Shown here piece by piece: positions 28,987 through 38,269 of a stretch of DNA of 64,000 nucleotides. The stretch covers positions 1,749 through 65,748 of IMG/VR virus record IMGVR_UViG_2690315620_000001; one strand, written 5' to 3'. Both the position numbers and the translations under genes were made by a program. The DNA comes from a virus. Taxonomy: Duplodnaviria; Caudoviricetes. The notes under the pieces are model-generated. The model was not told the DNA's origin, did no database searches, and saw only the letters and a list, made by a program, of their open reading frames with translations. Positions within the stretch are counted from its first letter, which is position 1; each line of letters starts with the position of its first letter.

Positions 28987-29103
28987 TTATTTACTATCTT
29001 CTTCTAATGATTTAATTGCCAAATCCAGAGCCTCTCTAAGCAGCGTATAATTCTCAGGTGGGTAATTTGATTTAATTACTTCAATCGCTTCTTTATTCGT
29101 CAT
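28987..29103 (-). CDS. Small 38-aa phage protein
   Basis: GGAGGG RBS, MTNKEAIEVIKSNYPPENY; AT-rich. Confidence 0.55.
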   Translation of the reverse strand: MTNKEAIEVIKSNYPPENYTLLREALDLAIKSLEEDSK

Positions 29104-29296
29104 TTCGCTATCCCTCCGCATCCTAAAATACGAAAGGGTCGGACGGAGCACACCCGCCTCATGCGTCACCCTTGCGTTTGTTTATGTATTACTAGCGAGC
29201 CTTACCGCTATTCACACGGAGTTTGCTCGCTTGTCATTGCGTTTATTGCCCTTCATATACTAGGATAGAAACTCCGCTATAATATGGTTACCTGCG

Positions 29297-29860
29297 TCAT
29301 AAATCGCTCATTTTATACGTAATTACCGGCTGCCTGCGCGTAAATTCGTCGTATTTCTGCTTGCGTTCTTTATTGCGTGAGTGAACGTTAGCGTCGCGCA
29401 AGGCATCTTCGTAGGCACTCCTTTTACGGCGCTTCGGCACGGAGTAATCACGCCCGTCCATTCCGATATTCATTGCGGCAGTGTATGGTGCCTCGCCTTT
29501 CTGCGTTAAACCCTTCGCCTCATGCGCGCCCTCGCGTCGTCTAGCGAGCTGTATATCGGACAGGAACGGATATTCAGTGGACGTCGCTTTATTCGATGCC
29601 GTGTCCGTTAATTCTTCGTATAGCGCTAGGTTCGTAAGCTGATCGAGTAGATGCGCATCTAACGGCGGTGTTTTCGGCTCGTAACCGCCCTCTAGCGCTC
29701 TAAGGCGTGCAGGCTCGTGATATTCCGAATGTGCTAGGGCATAGGCGTCACCTACGCACTTTATCCACGTTAGTCGCTCCGTACGGTCAAGCCCTCGCTT
29801 TGTAGCCGTTCTTATTGCGTTAATTTCGCGTCTTAATGTGTCCGTATATGCTTCCGTCAT
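29297..29860 (-). CDS. Conserved-looking hypothetical protein coupled to sigma-R4 gene
   Basis: 187 aa; L.EELTD....K....EYPFLS..Q..RR motif; ATGA overlap. Confidence 0.65.
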   Translation of the reverse strand: MTEAYTDTLRREINAIRTATKRGLDRTERLTWIKCVGDAYALAHSEYHEPARLRALEGGYEPKTPPLDAHLLDQLTNLALYEELTDTASNKATSTEYPFLSDIQLARRREGAHEAKGLTQKGEAPYTAAMNIGMDGRDYSVPKRRKRSAYEDALRDANVHSRNKERKQKYDEFTRRQPVITYKMSDL

Positions 29861-30189
29861 GTTGTAGCCTCCGTTTCATTTTCGTATGTTAATTCTCCGC
29901 TAAGCCACGCCCAGCTTTCGTAAACTGCGTCAATGTTAACGACTGCTGCGTCAATATGCGTGCTTACGACGTCCTGTCCGACGCCCATATGTGCGCCCGC
30001 GACCTTCTGCGTTAAATCCTCTACGTACACTAGCCGCAAAGCCTCCGCTTGCCTGTCCGTTAGATTAGCGCGCTTAACGGCGTCTGCAAAGTCGACTAGC
30101 GTGTCGCTGGCGTTCGTGTCTCCGACGTAGCGGCGCTCGGATAATGCGTGTAGATTGCGTAGTATTGCCTTCGCTTGGCTTGCGCTCAT
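29857..30189 (-). CDS. Sigma70 region-4-like HTH transcription factor
   Basis: LTDRQAEALRLVYVEDLTQKVAGAHMGVGQDVVS. Confidence 0.8.
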   Translation of the reverse strand: MSASQAKAILRNLHALSERRYVGDTNASDTLVDFADAVKRANLTDRQAEALRLVYVEDLTQKVAGAHMGVGQDVVSTHIDAAVVNIDAVYESWAWLSGELTYENETEATT

Positions 30190-30218
30190 TATTTATCGCT
30201 CCCTTACGTTTAATTTCG

Positions 30219-30247
30219 TTGCATCTTGCGCATACTTGCGTTATAAT
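30219..30247 (+). promoter_or_regulatory. sigA-type promoter
   Basis: TTGCAT-17nt-TATAAT upstream of the rightward gene. Confidence 0.7.
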
Positions 30248-30281
30248 TACGTTAATTAACTAACATCGGAGGCTCACCGCT

Positions 30282-30650
30282 ATGCCTAAATCAACCGCAC
30301 TCTTAGACGGATTCTCATTCGTACCATCGGACGGCCTGCCCGTCGTCACACTCGATAAACAGAAACGCTTTTACCTTAACGCTGGGCTACGTAGCTTTAT
30401 CGGAGTGGAGGCGTATAACCGCATTGCCATCGCATATGATCCCGTTAATAATGCGCTAGCCATCGTAAAGCCAGAGGCGGGCATCGCTGCAGCGGACGGC
30501 TCTTATTACACCGTAGACAAGCGTCATTACATAAGTGCGCGCCGTTTTTTACAGCGATATCCGATTGACCTCGCCGATGCTCCGATATTCTTCGAGTATG
30601 CGACGGCTAGCGAAGATGGGACTACGTTTATTTTCCGTTTAAAAGCGTGA
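30282..30650 (+). CDS. Hypothetical protein, possible AbrB-like fold
   Basis: GGAGG RBS; VTLDKQKRFYL...R...G pattern; own promoter. Confidence 0.65.
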   Translation: MPKSTALLDGFSFVPSDGLPVVTLDKQKRFYLNAGLRSFIGVEAYNRIAIAYDPVNNALAIVKPEAGIAAADGSYYTVDKRHYISARRFLQRYPIDLADAPIFFEYATASEDGTTFIFRLKA

Positions 30651-32517
30651 GTAGACGTTCACCTATCGCTTGGATTACGTTTACTGTAACGGCGTTGCCC
30701 GCTTGTTTATAGCGTTGTGAATCGGACAAGCCTGCGTCGACTACCGTTTGATGCTGTTCATCCGTAAAGCCTTGTAGACGCCAACACTCGAGAGGCGTTA
30801 GCTTGCGTATGCGGTAACGAGGTGCATCGGCTACTTTTATGCCTTCGCCTTTATTCGTCGTTAATGTAGGCGCTAATCCTGCGTCAATATCGAATACTTG
30901 ACCGTTCATTCCTCTACCGCTAGGATTCGTATTGCCTAGGACACTAATCGCTACGCCGTGTTTATCTTGCGCCGTTAATGTGGATGATTCTTCGTCGTTA
31001 TCCTTGAATCTGCGACCGTTTTGGCGCTTTTCTAAACGATCAGGAGTTAACACCGGACGGACTTCTTCCGCCTCTAGTACCGCATTTTGCGTTTGGTTAC
31101 GGTTAAGTCCGCGCCAGTCACTCGCAGATAGACACACTGCTACGTCCTGTTCATCACCTATTCCATCTTTCCTGTTGTACTTGACTGGCGTTTGCTCGAC
31201 GACGCCCTGATTTATATTCGACGCTTCGAGTGTATTAGCGATTTGCTTACCTACACGACCTCTGCGCGTATTGCTATCGGGAAATTGGAAGTTTACGGCA
31301 TCGCCTACGGCTGCCATTGCGTAGCCTTGCTTCGTTGCTTCACGGATTGGTAAGCCTTGTTCTTCCGCTATCTTCGGTTCTCGATGTCCTCCGCCCATTG
31401 TCGTAAGAGTAGGCGAAATGTGGTCAGCGTCATATACACGCTTGATTGCGTCGTGCCCTTTTAAGTCGATGTGTCCGACCATGCGAGGTTCTTTATATTC
31501 GCGAGCGGTAATGGTTGGAGCTACACCTTGATACATACGCGCTTTTCCTTCGTGTCCGATTTGGGAAACGTCGAATACCGTAGGCTCGTCTTGTCCGCGA
31601 TCTTCTAACTGTGCTACAAGTGCAGCCGTTTTTTCTTCCGATAAATAATACTTCTCGTCCACCGACGCTTCTAATACGTCACGTAATCTCGTAGTCACTT
31701 CCGTTTGCTCCGGCCAGTCGAAGTTGAACGTTTTTGTATCGGCGTATCCGCTGATTCGACGTTTCCCCTTCGCAACTACGTTTGTCCCTTCGATAATCCA
31801 TTCGCTAGGCTCTACGATATCGTCACGCAATGCTACGATAAATATTCGCTCTCTATTCTGCGGTACGCCGAAGTATTTCGAATTCAATACGTTGAAATCT
31901 ACGTGGTATCCGATGTCATTTAACGTGCTTACGATTACGTCTAGCGTTTTACCTCCGTCGTGACCTACGAGTCCTTTTACGTTTTCTAGCAGAATAGCAC
32001 GAGGTTGCTTCGTCTTAGCAAGGCGTGCTACTTCGAAAAACAAAGTTCCGCGAGTATCATCGAAGCCTAATCGTTTGCCAGCGACACTGAACGCTTGACA
32101 CGGAAAACCGCCGACTAATACGTCATGATCCGGTACATCTTCCGCAGCGATTGCCGTAATATCGCCCGCAGTAGGCTCGCCGTATAACGCTGCGTACGAC
32201 TGATTGGCGAATTTATCAATCTCGGAAGCTAGTACGCAATTACCGCCTAAACGGTTGAGAGCCGTTTCGAATCCTCCGATACCGCTGAATAATGATACGT
32301 AGTTGAACGGTTTACCCTCGTAAGATACTTCGTTTGTTTGCGACATTTTGCGTTCCCCTTTCGTTTTTGATTCGTTTACATTTACCGCGATAAGTCCTCC
32401 AGGTCGTTTACCGCCTTGATTTCCGCAAGCTATTGCCGGCATTATTCCGAAGGTATCGTGAACTCGGTTTTGATATTTATCGTTCGTTATGAATCCTAGT
32501 TTTATTATTTCGGACAC
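30628..32517 (-). CDS. Multispecific DNA cytosine-5 methyltransferase
   Basis: LFSGIGG, GGFPCQAFS, ENV, QNRERIF, QAGNAV motifs; long variable region of repeated TRD-like units; second RBS/ATG at 32346. Confidence 0.93.
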   Translation of the reverse strand: MSEIIKLGFITNDKYQNRVHDTFGIMPAIACGNQGGKRPGGLIAVNVNESKTKGERKMSQTNEVSYEGKPFNYVSLFSGIGGFETALNRLGGNCVLASEIDKFANQSYAALYGEPTAGDITAIAAEDVPDHDVLVGGFPCQAFSVAGKRLGFDDTRGTLFFEVARLAKTKQPRAILLENVKGLVGHDGGKTLDVIVSTLNDIGYHVDFNVLNSKYFGVPQNRERIFIVALRDDIVEPSEWIIEGTNVVAKGKRRISGYADTKTFNFDWPEQTEVTTRLRDVLEASVDEKYYLSEEKTAALVAQLEDRGQDEPTVFDVSQIGHEGKARMYQGVAPTITAREYKEPRMVGHIDLKGHDAIKRVYDADHISPTLTTMGGGHREPKIAEEQGLPIREATKQGYAMAAVGDAVNFQFPDSNTRRGRVGKQIANTLEASNINQGVVEQTPVKYNRKDGIGDEQDVAVCLSASDWRGLNRNQTQNAVLEAEEVRPVLTPDRLEKRQNGRRFKDNDEESSTLTAQDKHGVAISVLGNTNPSGRGMNGQVFDIDAGLAPTLTTNKGEGIKVADAPRYRIRKLTPLECWRLQGFTDEQHQTVVDAGLSDSQRYKQAGNAVTVNVIQAIGERLLTLLNGK

Positions 32518-33074
32518 TCAATCGCCCCTTTCGCCGTAATCTCCGCCATAAAACGCTCAGCTTCCGCAATTAAATCGTCGTAACTTCCGTCATTAGTCAA
32601 CGTATAATCTACCTCGAACCCATCGATATATTGCTCGGTCGGATGCGTTAAGTCCTCGTAGGTAAACACGTCACCACGCGCCTGTGCACGCGCTATACGG
32701 ACGTCATCGCTCGCAGTTACACGGACAATCGTAAAACCATTCGCACGTCCCCACGCTATTTCGTCGGGCTGCCTTCCGTCGGATATGACGATGCCTTCCG
32801 TAGAACGCCTTTCTGCGTATAGCTGAACGAATTGCTCGGCGTGTCGTATCCAAACGTTGCTATCGATTTCGCGGCATAGCTGACCGAATTGCTGATAGAC
32901 TGCGCGAGGCTTTCCGCTAGTAAAGAAGTCCTCCGCGAATATCTTCTGCGCGTAATATTTCAGCGATGTACCGAAGCTGACTTCTTCAAAGCCGTAGTTT
33001 AGGCGGAGGTGCTGCGCCATAGTCGACTTACCGCTGCGCATTTTACCGACGATCATTATCTTCGGAATCGTCAT
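32505..33074 (-). CDS. Deoxynucleoside monophosphate kinase
   Basis: GKMRSGKST P-loop, Q.FG...R, SDGRQPDE, H.TE. Confidence 0.8.
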   Translation of the reverse strand: MTIPKIMIVGKMRSGKSTMAQHLRLNYGFEEVSFGTSLKYYAQKIFAEDFFTSGKPRAVYQQFGQLCREIDSNVWIRHAEQFVQLYAERRSTEGIVISDGRQPDEIAWGRANGFTIVRVTASDDVRIARAQARGDVFTYEDLTHPTEQYIDGFEVDYTLTNDGSYDDLIAEAERFMAEITAKGAIECPK

Positions 33075-33529
33075 CGACTCACCGCCTGCTCTGCGAGCGA
33101 ACGGTAAAGCTCGTTAATCTCATACGCTTGCTCTTTTAGCGTCTGTTCAACTTCGTAAAGTCTGCGTGAGATATTCGCTAGTAATTCGATGACTGTCGGC
33201 GATGCTTCTACGGGCGTGCCTTCGTCCGCTACTTCGTAAGTTGCCGGTGCTTGTTCGCCGTATGTCGTCTGTAGTGCGTCGTGTGTTTCCGTTACAAGTT
33301 CGAATCTATCGAAATACAATCCGGATATAAACGACTTGTTATGCACGTCATTATCGTCATCTACGAAAGACACCTCGTCCCTTTCTACGCTGTATACTTC
33401 GTATACTTTTCCGACAGTTACGCTATAATTGAAATCTCCGCCAATATATCTAACCTTATCGCCAACTTTCGGCATCTCTTTTAACGTCATCCTCAATCGC
33501 TCCCTCTCCGTAATATCAGTCCACCCCAC
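33071..33529 (-). CDS. Hypothetical protein (KVGDKV small beta-domain plus coiled coil)
   Basis: ORF track; coupled overlaps. Confidence 0.6.
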   Translation of the reverse strand: MGWTDITERERLRMTLKEMPKVGDKVRYIGGDFNYSVTVGKVYEVYSVERDEVSFVDDDNDVHNKSFISGLYFDRFELVTETHDALQTTYGEQAPATYEVADEGTPVEASPTVIELLANISRRLYEVEQTLKEQAYEINELYRSLAEQAVSR

Positions 33530-34115
33530 GGCGAACTATTTCGATTCCTACCGTTTGCCTTCCGAATTCCCACGCCTCTGATTCGGTTGCTACTAATACG
33601 TCGATGCGGAAGCCCTTAATATCTCCGCCAGTATCGCTCGCAATCGCCTTAAACGTCGTGCCGTCGCCTAACGTCACCCTAACGATGCTGCCGAGCGGAA
33701 ATTGCCGAGGGTCGACCGCAATTACGCGATAGCTCTCGTAGTAAATCGTATGGCGAACATCTACGCCTGTTTTCGTTATGCCGGTGCAGCCCGAATCGCA
33801 AAGCGCGACGTACGCCGTTGCTTCGTATGCTATCGTTTCTCTGCGTGGGCTAGCCGATCGTGACGGCTGTTGCGGAGCTTGCTTCGGCGTTTCTTTCACC
33901 GCAACTTGTTCCGCCTTAATTTCGTTAGCCTTCCGTTTGTCTAATGCCGCCGCTAGTGACGCTTGCCTGGCGTGCACGTTATGCGTTAGCTCTGCGTCAT
34001 CTAGCGCTGGATAGTACGTGAATTCTGGCGTAGGTGCCATCGTTGTGTGGCCGTTAATGAATAACGCGATTGCTACGAATAGCGCGTATAGTGCCGTTAA
34101 ATACCTTTTTCGGAT
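33516..34115 (-). CDS. Secreted/anchored 3D-domain cell-wall protein, probable ATC start
   Basis: EATAY, IAVDP, DTGG.IKG..IDV 3D motifs; AAAGGTG-7nt-ATC gives signal peptide (M)RKRYLTALYALFVAIALF. Confidence 0.85.
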   Translation of the reverse strand: MRKRYLTALYALFVAIALFINGHTTMAPTPEFTYYPALDDAELTHNVHARQASLAAALDKRKANEIKAEQVAVKETPKQAPQQPSRSASPRRETIAYEATAYVALCDSGCTGITKTGVDVRHTIYYESYRVIAVDPRQFPLGSIVRVTLGDGTTFKAIASDTGGDIKGFRIDVLVATESEAWEFGRQTVGIEIVRRGVD

Positions 34116-34717
34116 GGAATCGCACCTTTCTTCTTGGAGGGGCTTTTCCTCCACAAGTGCGCGTGTTCGGTTAATTCACTCTCAACAACACACCTGCCAT
34201 TGTATTTAAATGGGATGTCGCTAAGTAGCCCCTTATTTTGCCTTCTACGTATCGTTGAATGCGGGACGCCTAGTATCTCCGCGGCTTGTTGTGCCGTCAC
34301 TAATCCTAATTCGGAAATAACTCGCAACTCCACTTCTTTATTTTCTCGGTATATTTTATTGGCCTGTACTATTAATTCCGGATGATGAACTCGCATATGT
34401 TCAGCTCTTGTTGTTATTTCCAAATTATCAATAGAGTTATTTGTGTTATCCCCATCGATGTGGTGCACGATTTCTTTCTTAGATAAACATCTACCTATGT
34501 GCTTGGCCATAATATATCTGTGCAAAAGTATATAATTACTTTTCTCTACCATTTCAAAATACTTTGGATCTATTAATTCTTTATGGATATACGAGTACCC
34601 GTCGGACTGCATCGTACGTCCGCCTTTCCATTGAGAGTGCTCATGGCCATACTTGACGTACTTTTCTACTGATTCATTTTCTTTAGTCAGTCCTTTATTC
34701 CACGCCAATAGAATCAC
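34097..34717 (-). CDS. Free-standing HNH endonuclease with C-terminal HTH
   Basis: WKGGR, HRYIM, VHHIDGD..NN..DNL; likely TTG start at 34708; AT-rich. Confidence 0.88.
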   Translation of the reverse strand: MILLAWNKGLTKENESVEKYVKYGHEHSQWKGGRTMQSDGYSYIHKELIDPKYFEMVEKSNYILLHRYIMAKHIGRCLSKKEIVHHIDGDNTNNSIDNLEITTRAEHMRVHHPELIVQANKIYRENKEVELRVISELGLVTAQQAAEILGVPHSTIRRRQNKGLLSDIPFKYNGRCVVESELTEHAHLWRKSPSKKKGAIPSEKGI

Positions 34718-35526
34718 TCCTTATCGAATAGAGAGTCCGTCCAAGGTTCGACGGCTACAACCGCTTTCCTAATATCCTCGCTTAATCCAGCTATTTCCGC
34801 CTGCGCCCCGTTACCCGCTTTACGCTTACCGTAGAAGTCGAGGATGGCACGAAGGTTAGCGGAAATGACACCGTTACACGATGTAGCTTGCGGTAGGACT
34901 GCGCGAGCATCTTCGGCGGGTATTCCGTATGAACGGAGATTATCGTACATTTCTTGAATCTGACGCATACAGTCTGCGAAATAATCATCGACAGAACTAC
35001 GTGACTCCACTACTTCGCCGTAAACATCTTCCTTAATAAAGGCGTCCGCGCTACTTTTCTTTACGCTATCAGGCACAACGTAGTCAAATCCGCCCGACTT
35101 ATCGCCGCTACCGAACCTCACATAGCGCTGTGACTGTATGCTGAACGACCAACCTACGCGATGCCTCGTTATTTGTGCTAATAGTGCGCGGGAAATGCCT
35201 TCTACTGCGAAGTTGTACGATAAATGCTCTAGCGTCGAGGTATGTCCGCTTGATACGATCATTCGGATTAGACGGTCGGCGTCCGTTCCGCCTTTGCCAT
35301 CGCTAGCCTTCGTTTTGAAATAACGTTTGCCCTCGTTTGCTACGATTTCCGACGGCTTGCCTGGCGAATAGCACGTTCGGATTGCGGTTAGTGCTAACGC
35401 CTGCCCGTCCGTAATAGTCGGTTCTTCATGCGTATGGGAATCGATAATGCCCTCGATTGTTTCGCGGAAGTCCTCCGCCAGTTGCGTATGTGAAATGAGC
35501 GTTACCTTGCGTTGTATTTGCGTCAT
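34714..35526 (-). CDS. thyX: Flavin-dependent thymidylate synthase
   Basis: GHTSTLEH, ISRA...Q..RHR, SQRY, EDAR.VLP, AQ.EI. Confidence 0.95.
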   Translation of the reverse strand: MTQIQRKVTLISHTQLAEDFRETIEGIIDSHTHEEPTITDGQALALTAIRTCYSPGKPSEIVANEGKRYFKTKASDGKGGTDADRLIRMIVSSGHTSTLEHLSYNFAVEGISRALLAQITRHRVGWSFSIQSQRYVRFGSGDKSGGFDYVVPDSVKKSSADAFIKEDVYGEVVESRSSVDDYFADCMRQIQEMYDNLRSYGIPAEDARAVLPQATSCNGVISANLRAILDFYGKRKAGNGAQAEIAGLSEDIRKAVVAVEPWTDSLFDKE

Positions 35527-35765
35527 TTAGATTCCTCCGTTTCTATTTTAAGCAGTCCGAGTTGAAGCAGTTTTAAAAGTGTCCACGTTACGCCTTCTTG
35601 AAACCCGACCGCTTCCTCGATAAAGCACCGGTGTGAATCGCTGTTAATCGAATACTGCCGCGCTCTCGACGACATATCCTCGCTAATTTGCTCGAAGTTC
35701 ATCGATGCCCGCCCTCCTAATTCGTAATTAAATCGATGATAAATGCGATAAGCAGTCCGTACCAA
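35523..35765 (-). CDS. Hypothetical protein
   Basis: Likely start MNFEQ after AGGAGG. Confidence 0.5.
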   Translation of the reverse strand: MVRTAYRIYHRFNYELGGRASMNFEQISEDMSSRARQYSINSDSHRCFIEEAVGFQEGVTWTLLKLLQLGLLKIETEESK

Positions 35766-35923
35766 AATATCGCCGTGCCGCTTAGTTGCCCGTTAATGCA
35801 AACGTTGATTCCTTCGATCATGCGCGGTGCTGAATCCGTGACGTTTATCGCTAGTACTGCGATTAGGTAGAGTATCGTCAATTTGCGTCCTCCTTTAGTA
35901 TCCTTGCGAATTCGGCCCGTCAT
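35717..35923 (-). CDS. Small membrane protein
   Basis: Likely internal TTG start after AAAGGAGG; hydrophobic. Confidence 0.5.
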   Translation of the reverse strand: MTGRIRKDTKGGRKLTILYLIAVLAINVTDSAPRMIEGINVCINGQLSGTAIFWYGLLIAFIIDLITN

Positions 35924-36092
35924 CCGCTAAAGCTATGCAGATTATTGCGATTAAAGCATAAAGCGAAATTGTAGCGAACGGTCTTTCTAAAACGAAATTA
36001 ACAACTCCGCCAAAACCTCCGGACATTCCTAGTACCGCAAGAGTCCCGAATATCACTGACAGTGTGCCTCCGTAAATTAACCTCGATTTCAT
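35895..36092 (-). CDS. Small membrane protein
   Basis: Two hydrophobic segments; ATGA overlap with dut. Confidence 0.55.
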   Translation of the reverse strand: MKSRLIYGGTLSVIFGTLAVLGMSGGFGGVVNFVLERPFATISLYALIAIICIALADDGPNSQGY

Positions 36093-36667
36093 ACGCTTAC
36101 CCCGCTACTGCCAAAGCCGTTATTTCCTCGCTCTGACTCGCCCAATTCCGTAATTTCAACGGCTTCTATCGTAGGCAGCTTCGTGATTACTAACTGCGCG
36201 ATGCGGTCATTCTTGCGGATTTGGTACGAGCCTTCACTTACGAAGCCGGCAACTACCGCTGTTTCTCCGCTTAACTCTGTAGCGATGTAGTCCGTTTCTT
36301 CGGTTACAGGCGCTATATTATCGACTATGACGCCAATCTCCGAAGTGTATCCGTTATCTATCGTCCCAATAGCGACACGAAGTTTTGTTCGCGATGTAAT
36401 TCCGCTACGTGGGCGCACAACCGCTTCGTAGCCCGGCGGCAACTGTACGGCGATGCCCGTTTTAACTACGACAGTAGCGCCAGGCTCTACGATAATATCC
36501 TCCGATGCCACCAGATCGTAGCCGCTATCGTTAGCGTGTGCTTTCGTCGGTAATACTGCATCGTCGGACAAGCGCTTGAATCCTACGACTGGCTTTGCGG
36601 TGGGTAGCGTCGTAGTTGGCTCCGGATTAAAGAAGCGCTCGATTTCGTTTAAGTTACGTGTAGTCAT
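36089..36667 (-). CDS. dut: Trimeric dUTPase
   Basis: SGYDL, PRSG, GTIDNGY, RIAQL, RGNNGFGSSG motifs. Confidence 0.95.
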   Translation of the reverse strand: MTTRNLNEIERFFNPEPTTTLPTAKPVVGFKRLSDDAVLPTKAHANDSGYDLVASEDIIVEPGATVVVKTGIAVQLPPGYEAVVRPRSGITSRTKLRVAIGTIDNGYTSEIGVIVDNIAPVTEETDYIATELSGETAVVAGFVSEGSYQIRKNDRIAQLVITKLPTIEAVEITELGESERGNNGFGSSGVSV

Positions 36668-36912
36668 TCCGATTCCTCCGTTTCAATTTCATCGCCTTCG
36701 TAGTACTCTTCTTCCGTCGCATGAACGAATCCAATCGCATGTGTCGTTTGTTGCCCGTCCAGTAGCGGATTAACTGATAGCTGAATATCGATGTCACCGT
36801 CGCCTATTTCGTCGAAGAAGGCGCGTAGCTTAGCGCCCATGCCTTCGAGTTCGTCCGCGTTGTTGACGTTAATGCCTACGGTGTAACTGCGTGCGTTTAT
36901 GAGTGCCGCCAT
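36664..36912 (-). CDS. Hypothetical acidic protein
   Basis: AGGAGG RBS directly after phage promoter. Confidence 0.65.
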   Translation of the reverse strand: MAALINARSYTVGINVNNADELEGMGAKLRAFFDEIGDGDIDIQLSVNPLLDGQQTTHAIGFVHATEEEYYEGDEIETEESE

Positions 36913-36929
36913 TTATAACGCCTCCTATT

Positions 36930-36961
36930 AGTAATATCGTTTGGGACGGGCTAGTGCGGAG
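36930..36961 (-). promoter_or_regulatory. Phage-sigma promoter copy
   Basis: CTCCGC-N13-AAACGATATTACT. Confidence 0.8.
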
Positions 36962-36964
36962 TTT

Positions 36965-37468
36965 TCAAGGTAATTTCGCGGCATGGCGAGCAATATCGCT
37001 TAGTAGATTAAGTCGCGCATATTCTCCAAAGTGCTTAACGGCGGCATCATTATACGCCATTGCAGCTTCTTCCACGTCGTCGAAAACTCCTAGATGTAGC
37101 TTGCGGTAGTCAACCGTTATTTGTGCGGTCCAGCGACCGTTTTTGTAGACTGCAACGCCTTTGTATCCGGATTTGTTGGTATTGTATAGCTTGGTATTTC
37201 TAGCGTTTTCAGAATCGGTTACTATACGAAGGTTTTCTTTTCTGTTATCCCATGGACAGCCGTTAATGTGATCGACAATTTCGCCCGGATTAGCCTGCAG
37301 TATAATCCGGTGCATCTTTTCAGTAGTCTTTACTCCGTCAGGTGTTCTCGCGTATCTAATTGCGTACCCGTTAGAATCGTCGGACCACTTCGTTACTGAT
37401 AAAGCGTTATAATCTTCGTCATCCACTAGGCATTGTTTGCCGCTAGACAAAGTTATATGTTTTACCAA
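36965..37468 (-). CDS. HNH-AP2 homing endonuclease
   Basis: VDDED, MHR, VDHING...DNRKENLR, SGYKGV, W.AQI, LG.F...EAA.AYN. Confidence 0.9.
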   Translation of the reverse strand: MVKHITLSSGKQCLVDDEDYNALSVTKWSDDSNGYAIRYARTPDGVKTTEKMHRIILQANPGEIVDHINGCPWDNRKENLRIVTDSENARNTKLYNTNKSGYKGVAVYKNGRWTAQITVDYRKLHLGVFDDVEEAAMAYNDAAVKHFGEYARLNLLSDIARHAAKLP

Positions 37469-38115
37469 TTCAGATCATCTGCCTTCGTGCTGAGCCTACC
37501 GCGGAAGTTGACGTTTAATTCGCATACGTGAACCCACGATTCGTCCTTTAAATGATCGATATACGGTTGGAAGCCTGACTTCGTAGGATTCGGTAAATCG
37601 TTCTGACCAGTATGTCCTTCGATAATCACCGTACAACTATCGTGAATTCTCGTCAGAATCTTCTTTAACTCGCCTTTCGTGAAGTTTTGCGATTCCGCTA
37701 TGATTACCGTAGAATCCTTGATGTTAGTACCGCGAGCGAAGATATGGCTCTTCGGATATACCCACGCCGTACCGCGTTTCATCGCTTCCATATTACCGGC
37801 GTCGAATATCGCCTTTTGCGGATTCTCGCCGATTTCAAGTAGCGCATCGATTAGCGGTTGTTGGTACTCCGCCTCTTTCTCTTGCTGCGTTCCTGGACGG
37901 AATCCCATCTTACCTTCCGATACTGGCGAGAATATATAAACGAGGGGCTTTCCGATAACTGCGGCGCAAGCTACGGCTAACGTAGTTTTTCCGCTGCCTG
38001 CTCGCGCATTGACGATCGTTACTTGGTTCTCGAATATAGAATCGACGTACTCACGTTGTTCCTTCGTTAACTTCGGCTCAAATCCAAATAGCATATTATC
38101 GGATGGTATCGGCAT
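37462..38115 (-). CDS. phoH: PhoH-family ATPase
   Basis: ARAGSGKT, G.RPG, F.RG, ESQN, LTRI, G..GQ.D. Confidence 0.9.
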   Translation of the reverse strand: MPIPSDNMLFGFEPKLTKEQREYVDSIFENQVTIVNARAGSGKTTLAVACAAVIGKPLVYIFSPVSEGKMGFRPGTQQEKEAEYQQPLIDALLEIGENPQKAIFDAGNMEAMKRGTAWVYPKSHIFARGTNIKDSTVIIAESQNFTKGELKKILTRIHDSCTVIIEGHTGQNDLPNPTKSGFQPYIDHLKDESWVHVCELNVNFRGRLSTKADDLNW

Positions 38116-38265
38116 TTAATCGTCCTCCCTTTCGTCTGGTTCGTACGGAAAAGCGTTGTCATCTACGACTAAATTACGGCTCCACGCAAGCGCCGTTTGT
38201 GGCGCCGTGTCGCGTGGATAGCCCGTTAACCTTGCGTGTGTTATATCGGGATGTTCGATATCCAT
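38116..38265 (-). CDS. Small 49-aa protein (YqaI-like EHP.I....TGYP)
   Basis: GGAGG RBS; MDIEHPDITHARLTGYP; below track cutoff. Confidence 0.55.
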   Translation of the reverse strand: MDIEHPDITHARLTGYPRDTAPQTALAWSRNLVVDDNAFPYEPDEREDD

Positions 38266-38269
38266 AGCG

